Shown: positions 1 to 10,363, counted from the first letter of the stretch. The stretch is DNA of 64,000 nucleotides from Promethearchaeota archaeon (GCA_019058445.1 JAHPZA010000004.1:418184-482183); one strand, 5' to 3'. The notes: generated by a model from the sequence alone, not told the origin. Numbers and translations: made by a program.

Positions 1-2398
1 TTTTTTTCTTCACAACAATCCATACAAAAAGATTTTTTATTATTAAGGCAGGAATGTATGCAATAATAACATAAATCATATTATTGAAATTCATCAATAA
101 AATAAGCAATAATATGGCTCTTAACATTTGTTCAATAATCCACGCTATTCCAGCATATAAAGTTTTTCCTGTGCCTTCAAAAGTAGCATCACCGATCCAA
201 GAATACGGACCAAAAAGTTGAAAGATTATGAGAAAGCCAAGATAATATGTTGCCCGAGCCCAAGTTGGTCCTGCTGCACCAAGAATAAATAAATCTCCAG
301 TAGCCAGCAGTACAGCCACTAAAAAGAATGCGAGATAGTTACACCACTTAAAACCCTGATAAATATAGAGTTTTACTAAATTTGGACGATTATGCTCATA
401 TGCCTCCGAAAATCCTCCTAAAAGACTATTGGCAAACAACGCAAGAAAAGAAATTATTATAACAAGGTTATATGCAAGGTTAAAATACCCAAATTCGTTT
501 GAATAATTAGGAACATATATAGCAATAAGGACCATCTGAAAAAGCCATACAGCAGGAACCCAAATATTACCAATCATCAATTTCACACCATAAGACAACG
601 CCTCATTCAGTTCTTGTTTGAAAAAATCAGCTCTAAAAATTCGTTTAACAGAAAACCCCTGCTTTTTAAAGAATATCATAGTAATAAAGAATGTACTCCA
701 CTCAGCAAAATATGCCCCAAAAGCATAACCTATCCCTGCACCTAATGCTTCACCGTAAATTGGGTTCATTCTACCCCATTCTCTGAAGATTAAAATAAAA
801 ATTATTTGACCAATTAGATTGAGAACTACTGCATATAAAATATACCCTACAAGCTGTAAATCTCCACGCTGTTGGCCTTGAAATATGTAGATAAATACTA
901 AAAAGAAACCTGGATACTGAACAAGCGAATATGAGATAAATATCCAAGTCATATGAGCCATATTAGTCTGTGGGAAAATTATCGAGCCAATAAGTGCAAT
1001 TAATATTATCTGCAGCATTCCCGTAAGGATCTGCCACCACACGAAAATTTGGATATAGTGAATCGCTTTATCGGGGTCTTTTACCCTATATTGGGCGAAA
1101 TATTTAGCCAGTGCAAATGAAGTTCCTACATCAAATACCATCCAAATGGCCTGAAAGAATTGATAAGCAAAATTATAATATCCAGATGCCTGTGGGTAAG
1201 GTTGAACGTAGCGTGGAATAATGAAAGTAGTAACAACTAATTGGGGCATGACTATCAATAATCCTAAAAAGAAACTGAAAAAAAATCCGGAAATCTGGCG
1301 ATGTGTTCCGATTTGTTCCCATTCATCTTTTAAATCTATTTTTGTTTTCTTTTCTAATTCCTCAATCTCTTTTTTTTCTAAGAGCTTTAATTCTTCAAGA
1401 GAGATTATTGGAGGAGGTTCTGTTGCCTCCATTTTTTCTGCTTCATCCTTCTTGTCTGGTGTGGATTTCTTATCTATAGGATTGAGTTTTGATCTTCTTC
1501 TAACGGTTAAAAATAGTAGAATAGCCACAATTGAGACAATAGAAACATACACTGATAATAATATCTGTTCAAACAGATGGGGAACCGGACTATATTCCCA
1601 TTGATGATATTCGGGGATAGGTTCATCTTGGCAATCTTGAATTACACTATATATGAAATAATTGAAATAAGGCCAAAGTTTAAACTCTTTATTATACGCA
1701 TCTTCCATTAAACCAGTGAAAATGGAAATTTTCCCCTTTCCTAGATCTCTCTCTCCAAATATTAGAGTTTTATACTTTTCTTGTTCTAGATTTTTAGAGA
1801 TGGGGTAGCCTTTAATAATTACATCTACAGAATCATTTAAGTCGTGCAATATTAGTATATCTTTTAAGTCTGGGGCGGAATTCCATTCGATTTTTTTGCT
1901 GATCTCATGATCCTCATCTTTAGGAGTGAGTACGTATTCTTCATCATTGTATCCCATATCAGCACTTTTTTCAAGAATATTTAACTTTTCTAAAAGATAA
2001 GATTCATCCTCCAAATTTGGGCCACATAGTAAAAACAGCCCACCTCCTTTTTTAATAAACGTCGTCAAATTATTTATTTCAAGATCGTTGAATTCATCTA
2101 CATCTGGATCCAAAAGTACTACTACATCATAGTCATCTGCATCCCTTAATTCGGAAATTCTATCGGTTTTGTCAATTTCGAATGAATCGTCAATTTTTAA
2201 GGATCTTATAAAATTATCGTAATCCCCGTTATATACCACTAAAATTTCAACATTGTTATCTTTATCAGTTGAACCTGCAGCTTTAATTGGATGTAATGCA
2301 AGTGCAAACACCATGACATATCCGATTAATAAAATAAGAGAAATTATGAGTATTTTAGGAGTTCTATCTTTTTTGTGAAAAATAAATTCTAATTTCAT
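1..2398 (-). CDS. Large membrane protein (partial, runs off window start): N-terminal TM + GATase-like extracellular domain + MOP/Wzx flippase-like multi-TM domain
   Basis: Absent from the ORF track. ATG at 2398 (MKLEFIFHKKDRTPKILIISL); frame checked at 2398, 1600 and the window edge (...FVWIVVKKK). YDVVVLLD...FIKKGGGLFLLCG motif, then many hydrophobic helices with a flippase-like FDVGTSFALAKYFAQY segment. Confidence 0.75.
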   Translation of the reverse strand, partial: MKLEFIFHKKDRTPKILIISLILLIGYVMVFALALHPIKAAGSTDKDNNVEILVVYNGDYDNFIRSLKIDDSFEIDKTDRISELRDADDYDVVVLLDPDVDEFNDLEINNLTTFIKKGGGLFLLCGPNLEDESYLLEKLNILEKSADMGYNDEEYVLTPKDEDHEISKKIEWNSAPDLKDILILHDLNDSVDVIIKGYPISKNLEQEKYKTLIFGERDLGKGKISIFTGLMEDAYNKEFKLWPYFNYFIYSVIQDCQDEPIPEYHQWEYSPVPHLFEQILLSVYVSIVSIVAILLFLTVRRRSKLNPIDKKSTPDKKDEAEKMEATEPPPIISLEELKLLEKKEIEELEKKTKIDLKDEWEQIGTHRQISGFFFSFFLGLLIVMPQLVVTTFIIPRYVQPYPQASGYYNFAYQFFQAIWMVFDVGTSFALAKYFAQYRVKDPDKAIHYIQIFVWWQILTGMLQIILIALIGSIIFPQTNMAHMTWIFISYSLVQYPGFFLVFIYIFQGQQRGDLQLVGYILYAVVLNLIGQIIFILIFREWGRMNPIYGEALGAGIGYAFGAYFAEWSTFFITMIFFKKQGFSVKRIFRADFFKQELNEALSYGVKLMIGNIWVPAVWLFQMVLIAIYVPNYSNEFGYFNLAYNLVIIISFLALFANSLLGGFSEAYEHNRPNLVKLYIYQGFKWCNYLAFFLVAVLLATGDLFILGAAGPTWARATYYLGFLIIFQLFGPYSWIGDATFEGTGKTLYAGIAWIIEQMLRAILLLILLMNFNNMIYVIIAYIPALIIKNLFVWIVVKKK

Positions 2399-2478
2399 AG
2401 ATTATAATTTTAATTTACTCTTTAAATAAGTATCTTAAAAATTACATAAATGTGGAAAAAAAATATTTTTTTTTAAGA

Positions 2479-3651
2479 TTACTCAAGTATTTCAATATCG
2501 AGTTGGTCCAAAATCTCAATTAAATCAAGCACTTCGAAACCCATATTGAATGTTTCATTGGCATCGCTTAAGTTTGTCTTACAAAAGGGGCACATAGAGG
2601 TCAATACGGCAGCCCCTGTTTCTTTAGCTTCTTCCAGCCTCTCTTTTGAAATTTCTAAAGCCCAATCAGGGTACCCAATTTTTACACCTCCGCCTGCACC
2701 ACAACACCATGCATTTTCTCTAATTCTTTCCATCTCAACGAACTTAATTCCCGGGATTTGTTTTATTACTTCCCTGGGAACTTCATACATATCCATATGT
2801 CTTCCAAGATGGCAAGGATCGTGATACGTTATTACTTTGTCATAATTTGAGGCAATTTTGATTTTTCCGTCATTTAGAAGTTTTTTAATCAGTTCCCCCG
2901 TATGATAAACTTCAAATCCTAAGTCTGCTCCGAATTTTTCATAATCTTTCAATAAAGTTCTATAGCATCCCGCACAAGAAGTTACCACTTTAGAAGCACC
3001 TGCATTTTTTATTCGTGCAATATTGTAGTTCATAAAATCGGATGCACAATCTACTTGTCCAGTTCTTAACATTGGACTTGTGCAGCAATGTTCATCAACT
3101 AAAGTAAAATCTATACCTGTTTTTTTAAGAAGTCTAAGTGTTGCATCCCTTAAATTTTGTTGACGATAATTTGAAGTACAACCTATGAAGTAAACCCATT
3201 CTGCTTCATCTGGTAAATCGTATTCTTTCTTTAATGCTTCATTATCAGAGTTTGGCTCTCCATAAGGATTCCACATCTCGGGATTAGTTGCCCGCTCTAC
3301 CAATACTTTTTGTTTTTCAGGGCAAAATCCGCTCTTTGTGGCTTCAGCGCGAGCTGCTTCAATCATATCCACAAGTAAGAAATTAAATTTTTCAAATCTG
3401 CAATTTTCCATACAATTCCCACAGGTTGGGCAGGAGTAGAGTACGTTTGCTAAATTCTCGCTCCATTGCAGATCTCCATTAATTACTCCATAGATAAGCC
3501 ATAGTCTTCCTCCCGTACTGTATGTTTCAAAGCGATGCTTTTTATAGCTAGGACAGTTAAAATCATTATAATCATAAGTGAATTTACAATATCCACATCG
3601 AAAGCATCTATGGATGATATCTTTCCAATCTAATTCTGCTTCACTTGTCAT
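2479..3651 (-). CDS. (Fe-S)-binding oxidoreductase, GlcF/HdrD-like (2x 4Fe-4S + two CCG domains)
   Basis: CxxCxxC motifs, YFIGC, HCC, TSCAGC, YHDPCHLGR, CCGAGGG, CPFC; starts 3 nt after the stop of the upstream FAD oxidoreductase. Confidence 0.92.
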   Translation of the reverse strand: MTSEAELDWKDIIHRCFRCGYCKFTYDYNDFNCPSYKKHRFETYSTGGRLWLIYGVINGDLQWSENLANVLYSCPTCGNCMENCRFEKFNFLLVDMIEAARAEATKSGFCPEKQKVLVERATNPEMWNPYGEPNSDNEALKKEYDLPDEAEWVYFIGCTSNYRQQNLRDATLRLLKKTGIDFTLVDEHCCTSPMLRTGQVDCASDFMNYNIARIKNAGASKVVTSCAGCYRTLLKDYEKFGADLGFEVYHTGELIKKLLNDGKIKIASNYDKVITYHDPCHLGRHMDMYEVPREVIKQIPGIKFVEMERIRENAWCCGAGGGVKIGYPDWALEISKERLEEAKETGAAVLTSMCPFCKTNLSDANETFNMGFEVLDLIEILDQLDIEILE

Positions 3652-3654
3652 TTT

Positions 3655-5037
3655 TTACACCTCCCAATTTCCAGGATTCATAATTCCATTAGGATCTACG
3701 ATATTACGGATGGTTTTTAAGAGCATTTTATAATTAGGATCCATTTTTTCAATCATTAATTTTTGACCACCCAATTCTGCTTTCCATGGGAGTCCTCCTA
3801 AATTTAACACCATTTCATTGGTTTCATGAAGTGCTTTTCTAGCTTTTTCCATATCCTCCGGATCAGCCCTATTAAATGAATATGAGGCAGCAAACATTAC
3901 GGCATGACCTCTTCCGATTATTCGAGAAACTTGCGTTGGGACAATCCCATACTTCAGAGAAATATCGCGCGCTATTTCGATAGCTTCTGGTATCTTTTCT
4001 AAAGGCATAAAGGAGCCGACATATTCGAAACCACCCCCTTTTCTAAAATCAGCAGCTTTTGCGGCAAATTGAGGTTGTTCTAAAAAAATATCATAATATT
4101 TAGGAGGCATTTTCATAAAAGTCGCTTTATTTTTACGATACATCTTTTTCAGTATTTTTGTTTTAGACGCTAGTTCTTCTTGAGTATCTCCATTTATATA
4201 AAGCATAAGAATTGCATATCCTTTCATAAAATCTGGCTTTTCTGCCAATGCAACCATTAGATCTTCAGGTATATCAGTTTTTGTAAGATTCAAAACCAAT
4301 TCTGGAATAGTGTCTAGATCTTTGATTAAGCCGATGACAATATCTCGAAATTTAGGCTTTGGGAATAATTTGATAGATAATTTTGTTACAATCCCCATCG
4401 TTCCGAAAGCACTAGTAAAAAGACCAACTAAGTCCGGTATGGGGCCTCTCGTAAACCAATATTTAGACATTGCACATGACCCAACTTTTAATACCTCTCC
4501 ATTTGCTAACACAACTTCTAATCCATTTATCATCGCTCCATGATCTCCGTACTTCTGTGATAAATAACCAGAACCGTGTATTAGCGCGTTTCCAGCTAAT
4601 GTTATTGATGGGGGCGCATCTGGAAATGGAGCTCGAAGATCTGGATATTTTTCATTTAAATAAGAAATGATTTGCCCGGAGGTTACCCCAGCTTCTACTA
4701 AAGCATATCGGCTTGTCTCATTTATTTCAATTATTTTATCCATTCGCTTCATGTCTAAAACGATGCCACCCTTAACCGGAATTACTAATCCACTTAAGGT
4801 CATTCCCCCTCCCATAGGGATGATTGGAATTTTTTCTTCGTTAGCTATCCTTACAATTTGTTGTACTTCTTCGACTGTTTCTGGCATAGCTACGAAGTCC
4901 ACAGGTCGAGGGTGAGAAACCCCTGGATCTTGGGAATAAATAAAGAGTTCTTCCGGACTATTTGATGCAAAATCTTTACCTACAATTTCTTCTAGTTTAC
5001 TTAACACTTCAACATTACTCATGGTATATACCACCAA
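3655..5037 (-). CDS. FAD-binding oxidoreductase (GlcD/VAO-PCMH family), paralog A
   Basis: P..VEEVQ.IV..AN, GGGMTLSG, GLEVVL.NGE, GTMGIVT, DPNGIMNPG; start may be the second Met (5022). Confidence 0.9.
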   Translation of the reverse strand: MVVYTMSNVEVLSKLEEIVGKDFASNSPEELFIYSQDPGVSHPRPVDFVAMPETVEEVQQIVRIANEEKIPIIPMGGGMTLSGLVIPVKGGIVLDMKRMDKIIEINETSRYALVEAGVTSGQIISYLNEKYPDLRAPFPDAPPSITLAGNALIHGSGYLSQKYGDHGAMINGLEVVLANGEVLKVGSCAMSKYWFTRGPIPDLVGLFTSAFGTMGIVTKLSIKLFPKPKFRDIVIGLIKDLDTIPELVLNLTKTDIPEDLMVALAEKPDFMKGYAILMLYINGDTQEELASKTKILKKMYRKNKATFMKMPPKYYDIFLEQPQFAAKAADFRKGGGFEYVGSFMPLEKIPEAIEIARDISLKYGIVPTQVSRIIGRGHAVMFAASYSFNRADPEDMEKARKALHETNEMVLNLGGLPWKAELGGQKLMIEKMDPNYKMLLKTIRNIVDPNGIMNPGNWEV

Positions 5038-5072
5038 TTTTAAAATATAACCTATTATTTACTTGATTTTAT

Positions 5073-5140
5073 AGATTTTTTTATCTTGATATGAATAAAT
5101 ATTATTCTCTTTTTATATTTTTAATAATTATTCATTTTAG
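5073..5140 (-). promoter_or_regulatory. Duplicated upstream region of paralog A (homologous to 6567-6635), containing a TTATC-TT-GATA dyad
   Basis: agatttttttatcttgata...tctctttttat...ataattattcattt is shared by both intergenic regions. Confidence 0.6.
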
Positions 5141-5147
5141 GATCTAA

Positions 5148-6518
5148 TCAAATAATTTCCCAATTCCCAGGATTCATTATTCCATTTGGATCTAGAGTAT
5201 TTCGTATGGTTTTTAGTAAATATTTATAATTCGGATCCATTTTCTCGAGAATTAATTTTTGTCCGTCTAATTCCGCTTTCCATGGAATACCACCAAGTTC
5301 TAAAGCAAGTTTATTCGTTTCATGGAGCGCATTGCGTGCATTTTCCATCTCCTTAGGATCAGCTCTATTGAACGAATAAGAGAAAAACATTACTATAGTG
5401 TGGGTTTCACCAATTAATCTTGATCCTAATGTAGGAGGAATTCCATATTTTCTTGAAACTTCAGCACCCTTTTTATATGCATCAGGAATTTTTTCCAATG
5501 GCATAAATGCTCCAACATATTCAAAACCACCGCCTTTTCTATAATCTGCAGCTCCTGCTGCAAAAATTGGTCTACCCAAATATAAATCATGCATCTTTTT
5601 GGGTGCTTTCATAAATCTTGCACCAGATTTACGATATAATTTCTTTAAGATTTTAACTTGTTCATCTAAAGTTTCTTGTGTTTCCCCAGTGATATATGTC
5701 ATAAGAAAAACATAGCCTTTCATCCATTCGGGTTTATCCTGCATACCTAGTAATACATCTTCAGCAATACCAATGGCAGTTAATTTATAAAGTAAATCTG
5801 GGATTTTTTCAGGATCTTCCATTAAACCAAATACGATATCCCTCTTTTTAGGTTTTGCAAATAATTGAATTGATAGCTTAGTGATTATTCCCATTGTTCC
5901 AAAAGCACTTATAAATAATCCTATAAAATCAGGTATAGGCCCTCTACCAAACCAATAATCTGATAAAGCACAAGATCCAAACTTAGCAATCTCTCCATTT
6001 GGAAGTATAACTTCTAAACCATTGATCAGACCTCCATAATCACCGTATCTTTGGGATAAATACCCAGAGCCATGGATTAATACGTTTCCTACTATTGTTG
6101 CTGAGGGCGGAGCGTCAGGAATGGGCGGTTGTAAATCAGGATAATTTTCTCTAAGATATGTCAGTAATTTGCCTGTAGTAACTCCTGCTTCTATTAGGGC
6201 ATAGCGACTAAATTTGTTAATCTCAAGTATTTCATCCATGCGTTTCATGTCTAAAACGATACCTCCTTTAACAGGGATTATAAGTCCAGAAAGAGTTAAT
6301 CCTCCACCCATAGGAACAATCGGGATCTTTTCGTTATTTGCTAATTGTACGATTTTCTGAACCTCTTCAGTTGTTTTGGGCATTACTACAAAATCAACTG
6401 GACGAGGAATTGACGCTCCAGGATCATGAGAATAAATAAAGAGGTCTTCCCGCTTATTTGAGGCAAAATCTTTTCCCACAATTTCTTTTAATTTACTTAA
6501 TACTTCAACACTATTCAT
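5148..6518 (-). CDS. FAD-binding oxidoreductase (GlcD/VAO-PCMH family), paralog B
   Basis: Same FAD_binding_4-type motifs and DPNGIMNPG C-terminus. Confidence 0.9.
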   Translation of the reverse strand: MNSVEVLSKLKEIVGKDFASNKREDLFIYSHDPGASIPRPVDFVVMPKTTEEVQKIVQLANNEKIPIVPMGGGLTLSGLIIPVKGGIVLDMKRMDEILEINKFSRYALIEAGVTTGKLLTYLRENYPDLQPPIPDAPPSATIVGNVLIHGSGYLSQRYGDYGGLINGLEVILPNGEIAKFGSCALSDYWFGRGPIPDFIGLFISAFGTMGIITKLSIQLFAKPKKRDIVFGLMEDPEKIPDLLYKLTAIGIAEDVLLGMQDKPEWMKGYVFLMTYITGETQETLDEQVKILKKLYRKSGARFMKAPKKMHDLYLGRPIFAAGAADYRKGGGFEYVGAFMPLEKIPDAYKKGAEVSRKYGIPPTLGSRLIGETHTIVMFFSYSFNRADPKEMENARNALHETNKLALELGGIPWKAELDGQKLILEKMDPNYKYLLKTIRNTLDPNGIMNPGNWEII

Positions 6519-6566
6519 TTTTGTTAGCCCCTAATTCAACAAAAAACAATTTATCTTTGAAATAAA

Positions 6567-6635
6567 AGATTTTTTTTATCTTGATAAGATTATATATTTG
6601 TCTCTTTTTATTCTTATAATAATTATTCATTTGAG
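6567..6635 (-). promoter_or_regulatory. Duplicated upstream region of paralog B (homologous to 5073-5140), with TTATCTTGATAA dyad
   Basis: Direct sequence similarity to 5073-5140. Confidence 0.6.
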
Positions 6636-6642
6636 CCGTAAA

Positions 6643-8028
6643 CTAACGAATTTCCCAATTCCCGGGATTCATAATCCCGTTAGGATCTACGACGTTGCGG
6701 ATAGCATTAAATAACTTTTTATAGTTCGGATCCATCTTCTCGAGAATTAACTTTTGACCGGTTAATTCTGATTTCCAGATTATTCCTCCTAAATCTAATA
6801 CCAATTTATTTGTCTCATGAAGAGCATTTCTAGCATTTTCTATATCTGCTGGGTCAGCTCTATTAAATGAAAAAGAAGCAGCAAACATTACATTATGTCC
6901 TTTTCCAATTACTCTACAAACTTGTGTGGGGGAAATTCCGTATTTTAATGAAATGTCACGCGCTTTTTCAATCGCCTCTGGAATTTTTCCAAGTGGCATA
7001 AAAGAGCCAACATATTCGAAACCGCCACCTTTTCTATAATCTGCTGCTGTTGAAATAAACATAGGCTTTTCTAAAAAGAATTTATTCAGTTCTTCTGGTA
7101 TTTTCATGTAGCTACCCTTCGTTTTACGATATAAGCGCTTTAATTTTTTTGTTTTGGAATCGATTTCTTCTTGCGTGTTTCCAGTTATGAATGTCATTAA
7201 GAATACATTACCCTTCATGAAGGCGGGTTTATCTTGTACGAAGAAAGTGATATCTTCGGCTAAATCTATCTGAGTAATTTTTGATATAGCAACCGGAATC
7301 ATCTTAGGATTCCCAAATACGCCAACAGCAAGATCTCTTAATTTGTCTTTCGGATATAGTTTAATAGAAAGTCTAGTCGCAATTCCCAAAGTGCCAAAAG
7401 AACTTATAAATAATCCGATAAGATCGGGGATAGGACCTCTGGTAAACCAATAATCGGATATACAACAAGAACCAAGCTTACAAATCTCACCGTTTGGCAA
7501 AACTATTTCTAATCCATTAATCATCTCCCCATGGTTCCCATACTTTTGGGATAAAAAGCCCGATCCATGAATTAACGCATTTCCAGTCACCGTTGCTGAA
7601 GGAGGAGCATCCGGGATTGAGACTTCTAAATCGGGATGATGTTTTTCAAGGTAAGCGGTGAGGATTCCCGTTGTTACTCCTGCTTCAATAAGAGCATATC
7701 GGCTTGTTTTGTTTATTTCAATGATTTGATCCATTCTTTTCATATCGACCACAATCCCCCCTTTAATAGGGATAGTCAATCCACTTAATGTCATCCCCGC
7801 ACCCATTGGAACCAAAGAAATTTTTTCTTTATTAGCTAATCGCACGATCTTTTGGACTTCCTCAACTGTTCTAGGCATAATCACATAATCCACAGGACGA
7901 GGAATTGAGGCTCCAGAATCCTGGGAATAAATAAAAAGATCTTCTGCTTTATTAGACGCAAAATCTTGACCAACGATGTCTTCTAACTTTCTCAAGATCG
8001 CTTCTTTATTCGTTATGGATAACTCCAA
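6643..8028 (-). CDS. FAD-binding oxidoreductase (GlcD/VAO-PCMH family), paralog C
   Basis: Same motifs; TTG start aligns with the ATG of paralog D. Confidence 0.9.
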   Translation of the reverse strand: MELSITNKEAILRKLEDIVGQDFASNKAEDLFIYSQDSGASIPRPVDYVIMPRTVEEVQKIVRLANKEKISLVPMGAGMTLSGLTIPIKGGIVVDMKRMDQIIEINKTSRYALIEAGVTTGILTAYLEKHHPDLEVSIPDAPPSATVTGNALIHGSGFLSQKYGNHGEMINGLEIVLPNGEICKLGSCCISDYWFTRGPIPDLIGLFISSFGTLGIATRLSIKLYPKDKLRDLAVGVFGNPKMIPVAISKITQIDLAEDITFFVQDKPAFMKGNVFLMTFITGNTQEEIDSKTKKLKRLYRKTKGSYMKIPEELNKFFLEKPMFISTAADYRKGGGFEYVGSFMPLGKIPEAIEKARDISLKYGISPTQVCRVIGKGHNVMFAASFSFNRADPADIENARNALHETNKLVLDLGGIIWKSELTGQKLILEKMDPNYKKLFNAIRNVVDPNGIMNPGNWEIR

Positions 8029-8033
8029 ATTTT

Positions 8034-8135
8034 AAATCAGCTCTTAAAAAAATACTAAAATTTTCCCTTAGTGTTTCATATTTGGATTAATAATTACTTA
8101 AACTTCTTCGTTTTAATACTTTTTTCACATTTAAG
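8034..8135 (-). promoter_or_regulatory. Duplicated upstream region of paralog C (homologous to 9531-9633)
   Basis: Shared aaatcagctc, ttggat and ttttaatactttttca blocks at similar spacing. Confidence 0.55.
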
Positions 8136-8139
8136 TCAA

Positions 8140-9525
8140 TTATCCTATTTCCCAATTGCCCGGATTCATTATTCCATTCGGATCCAAAGAACTTCTTATG
8201 CTTTTAAAGAGTTTTTTATATTTGTCGTCCAATTTATCTAGTATTAGTTTTTGAGCATTTAATTCTGCTTTCCAGGGAATGCCCCCCATGTCTAAAACAG
8301 CCTTATTTGTGTCTTCTAAAGCATTTCTCGCATTTTGTATGTCCTTAGGATCTGCCCTGTTAAAAGCATAAGATATAAAAAATAGGATGTTATGCCCTTT
8401 TCCAATAACTCTGCACCCCATGGTAGGAATAATACCATGCTTAGAAGATATTAAAGATCCTTTGGTTAAAGCTTCAGGTATCTTTTTCAGCGGCAACATT
8501 GCTCCTACGTATTCAAAACCACCTCCCTTTCGAAAGTCCGCCGTGGTTGAGTAGAAAATGGGTTTCTCTAAGAAAAAGTCTTTCATTCGTGGTGGTAATT
8601 TCATTTGGCGCCCTTTTACGCCCTGGTAAATCTTTTTTAACGCTTCATTTTTCCTGTTTAACTCTTCTTCAGTATTTCCATTTATGAATACAAGTGCGAA
8701 AATGTGACCTTTCATCCAGTTTGGCTTATCTTGGATGGCCAATAGAATGTCTTCTACTAACTCAGAGTGGGTGAGGTTTAGCACAAGGTCTGGAATTGCG
8801 TTTATATCATCAAAAACGCCCACAACTAGATCTCTCAATTTTGGTTTCGGATATAATTTTATGGACAATTTAGTGGCTATTCCTAGGGTACCAAAAGAAC
8901 TTACGAATAAGCCAATTAAGTCTGGTATGGGGCCTCTCGTAAACCAAAAATCAGAAACCGCACACGACCCTAATCTAGCTAATTCTCCATTTGGCAACAC
9001 GACTTCCAAGCCATTAATCGTGTCTCCATGATCTCCGTATTTTTGCGAAAGAAATCCCGACCCATGAATCAAGACGTTTCCCGCGATGGTAATTGATGGG
9101 GGCGCGTCGGGAATAGAGGCTTGTAAGTTAGGAAACTTACGTTGAAGGTAGGATTTCAACTTACCCGAAGTGACCCCCGCTTCGATAAGAGCATATCGAC
9201 TCATCTCGTTTATTTTAATGATTCGATCCATTCTTTTCATATCGACGACAATGCCCCCTTTAACTGGGATGGTTAGTCCGCTTAATGTCATCCCCCCACC
9301 CATAGGTACTATGGGGATTTTTTCTTCATTAGCTAAGCGCACGATGCTTTGGACTTGTTCTACCGTTCGAGGCATAATCACATAATCCAAAGGACGAGGA
9401 AGTGAGGTTCCAGAATCTTGGGAATAAATAAAAAGATCTTCTGGTTTATTAGATACAAAATCTTGACCAACAATATTTTCTAACTTGGTCAAAATTACTT
9501 CCTTTTTGGTCATAGACAACTCCAT
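8140..9525 (-). CDS. FAD-binding oxidoreductase (GlcD/VAO-PCMH family), paralog D
   Basis: Same motifs. Confidence 0.9.
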   Translation of the reverse strand: MELSMTKKEVILTKLENIVGQDFVSNKPEDLFIYSQDSGTSLPRPLDYVIMPRTVEQVQSIVRLANEEKIPIVPMGGGMTLSGLTIPVKGGIVVDMKRMDRIIKINEMSRYALIEAGVTSGKLKSYLQRKFPNLQASIPDAPPSITIAGNVLIHGSGFLSQKYGDHGDTINGLEVVLPNGELARLGSCAVSDFWFTRGPIPDLIGLFVSSFGTLGIATKLSIKLYPKPKLRDLVVGVFDDINAIPDLVLNLTHSELVEDILLAIQDKPNWMKGHIFALVFINGNTEEELNRKNEALKKIYQGVKGRQMKLPPRMKDFFLEKPIFYSTTADFRKGGGFEYVGAMLPLKKIPEALTKGSLISSKHGIIPTMGCRVIGKGHNILFFISYAFNRADPKDIQNARNALEDTNKAVLDMGGIPWKAELNAQKLILDKLDDKYKKLFKSIRSSLDPNGIMNPGNWEIG

Positions 9526-9530
9526 AATCC

Positions 9531-9633
9531 AAATCAGCTCCTAATTAGTAACTAAAGGTGGTTGTTAAATGTCTTATAGTTGGATAATATAATATTTTCA
9601 TTTCCTTATTTTAATACTTTTTTCAAGTTTAAA
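9531..9633 (-). promoter_or_regulatory. Duplicated upstream region of paralog D (homologous to 8034-8135)
   Basis: Same shared blocks as 8034-8135. Confidence 0.55.
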
Positions 9634-9757
9634 GAAGAATCTACAAAAAAATTATGTATCTTGATTTAAGAAGAATATGATATATACTATATGTATTTTA
9701 AGACTTACATCTAAAATGCTTGAATTTTAAATTTAAAAAAAAATTGAGAGGGTAATA

Positions 9758-10297
9758 TTACCAGGTTATATCAAATATAGCTTTATTTTGATCAATCATT
9801 TCAACTTTTCCGGTTTTAATACCCAACATTTCTAATATCCCTAAGTAAACACCTTTATATAACAGAGGATCATAACCGGGTGCTGGTGCCTCAATAACAA
9901 CATGACGATCCTCAGCAGTAAGAATTTTTCTGGGAATTACTGGAACACCCCCATCATCTTGATGATCCACGAGAAAATTCTCTGTTTCAAATAAAATCGC
10001 ATCCAACGGAGTCTTGATTTTATCAGGTGGTAAGCCAACAGTTCTATTCACTAGTGGATAAACATTCCTTCCCATGGTAACTATTGCTTTTCTACCTGTA
10101 GGTGAAGCATTAGCATAAGCTTTTAAAGCAAAATCAATTAATTCAGCACTATAATATTCTTCGGGTTCAAGTTCTTCGAAATGTTTTCCAGTTTTTGCAT
10201 AAATAGCCTCATCTGCTTTTTTTTTCTGTTCTTTATAAAGTGTCATTAATCTACCGATGAAAGTAATAAATTTACCTTTTACTTTAGCCATATACAT
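9758..10297 (-). CDS. Hypothetical protein, possibly V4R/H-NOX-like ligand-binding fold
   Basis: 179 aa ORF; MGRNVY, KGVYLGIL and terminal FDITW resemble V4R/H-NOX-like proteins (weak). Confidence 0.6.
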   Translation of the reverse strand: MYMAKVKGKFITFIGRLMTLYKEQKKKADEAIYAKTGKHFEELEPEEYYSAELIDFALKAYANASPTGRKAIVTMGRNVYPLVNRTVGLPPDKIKTPLDAILFETENFLVDHQDDGGVPVIPRKILTAEDRHVVIEAPAPGYDPLLYKGVYLGILEMLGIKTGKVEMIDQNKAIFDITW

Positions 10298-10363
10298 ATC
10301 CCCTTATTAAATGTAAGTAACTTATTAATTTTCTTTGATTATTTAAATTTTCTTTGAATATAA

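Noticed and set aside
1221-1604. Plus-strand ORF in the track
   Set aside because: Antisense shadow of the long minus-strand membrane protein gene (1-2398).
2546-9385. Short plus-strand ORFs inside the oxidoreductase genes (and similar antisense ORFs such as 17290-17850, 25264-26127, 28018-28599, 31270-31494, 50669-52117)
   Set aside because: Fully overlap well-supported genes on the opposite strand; no motifs.
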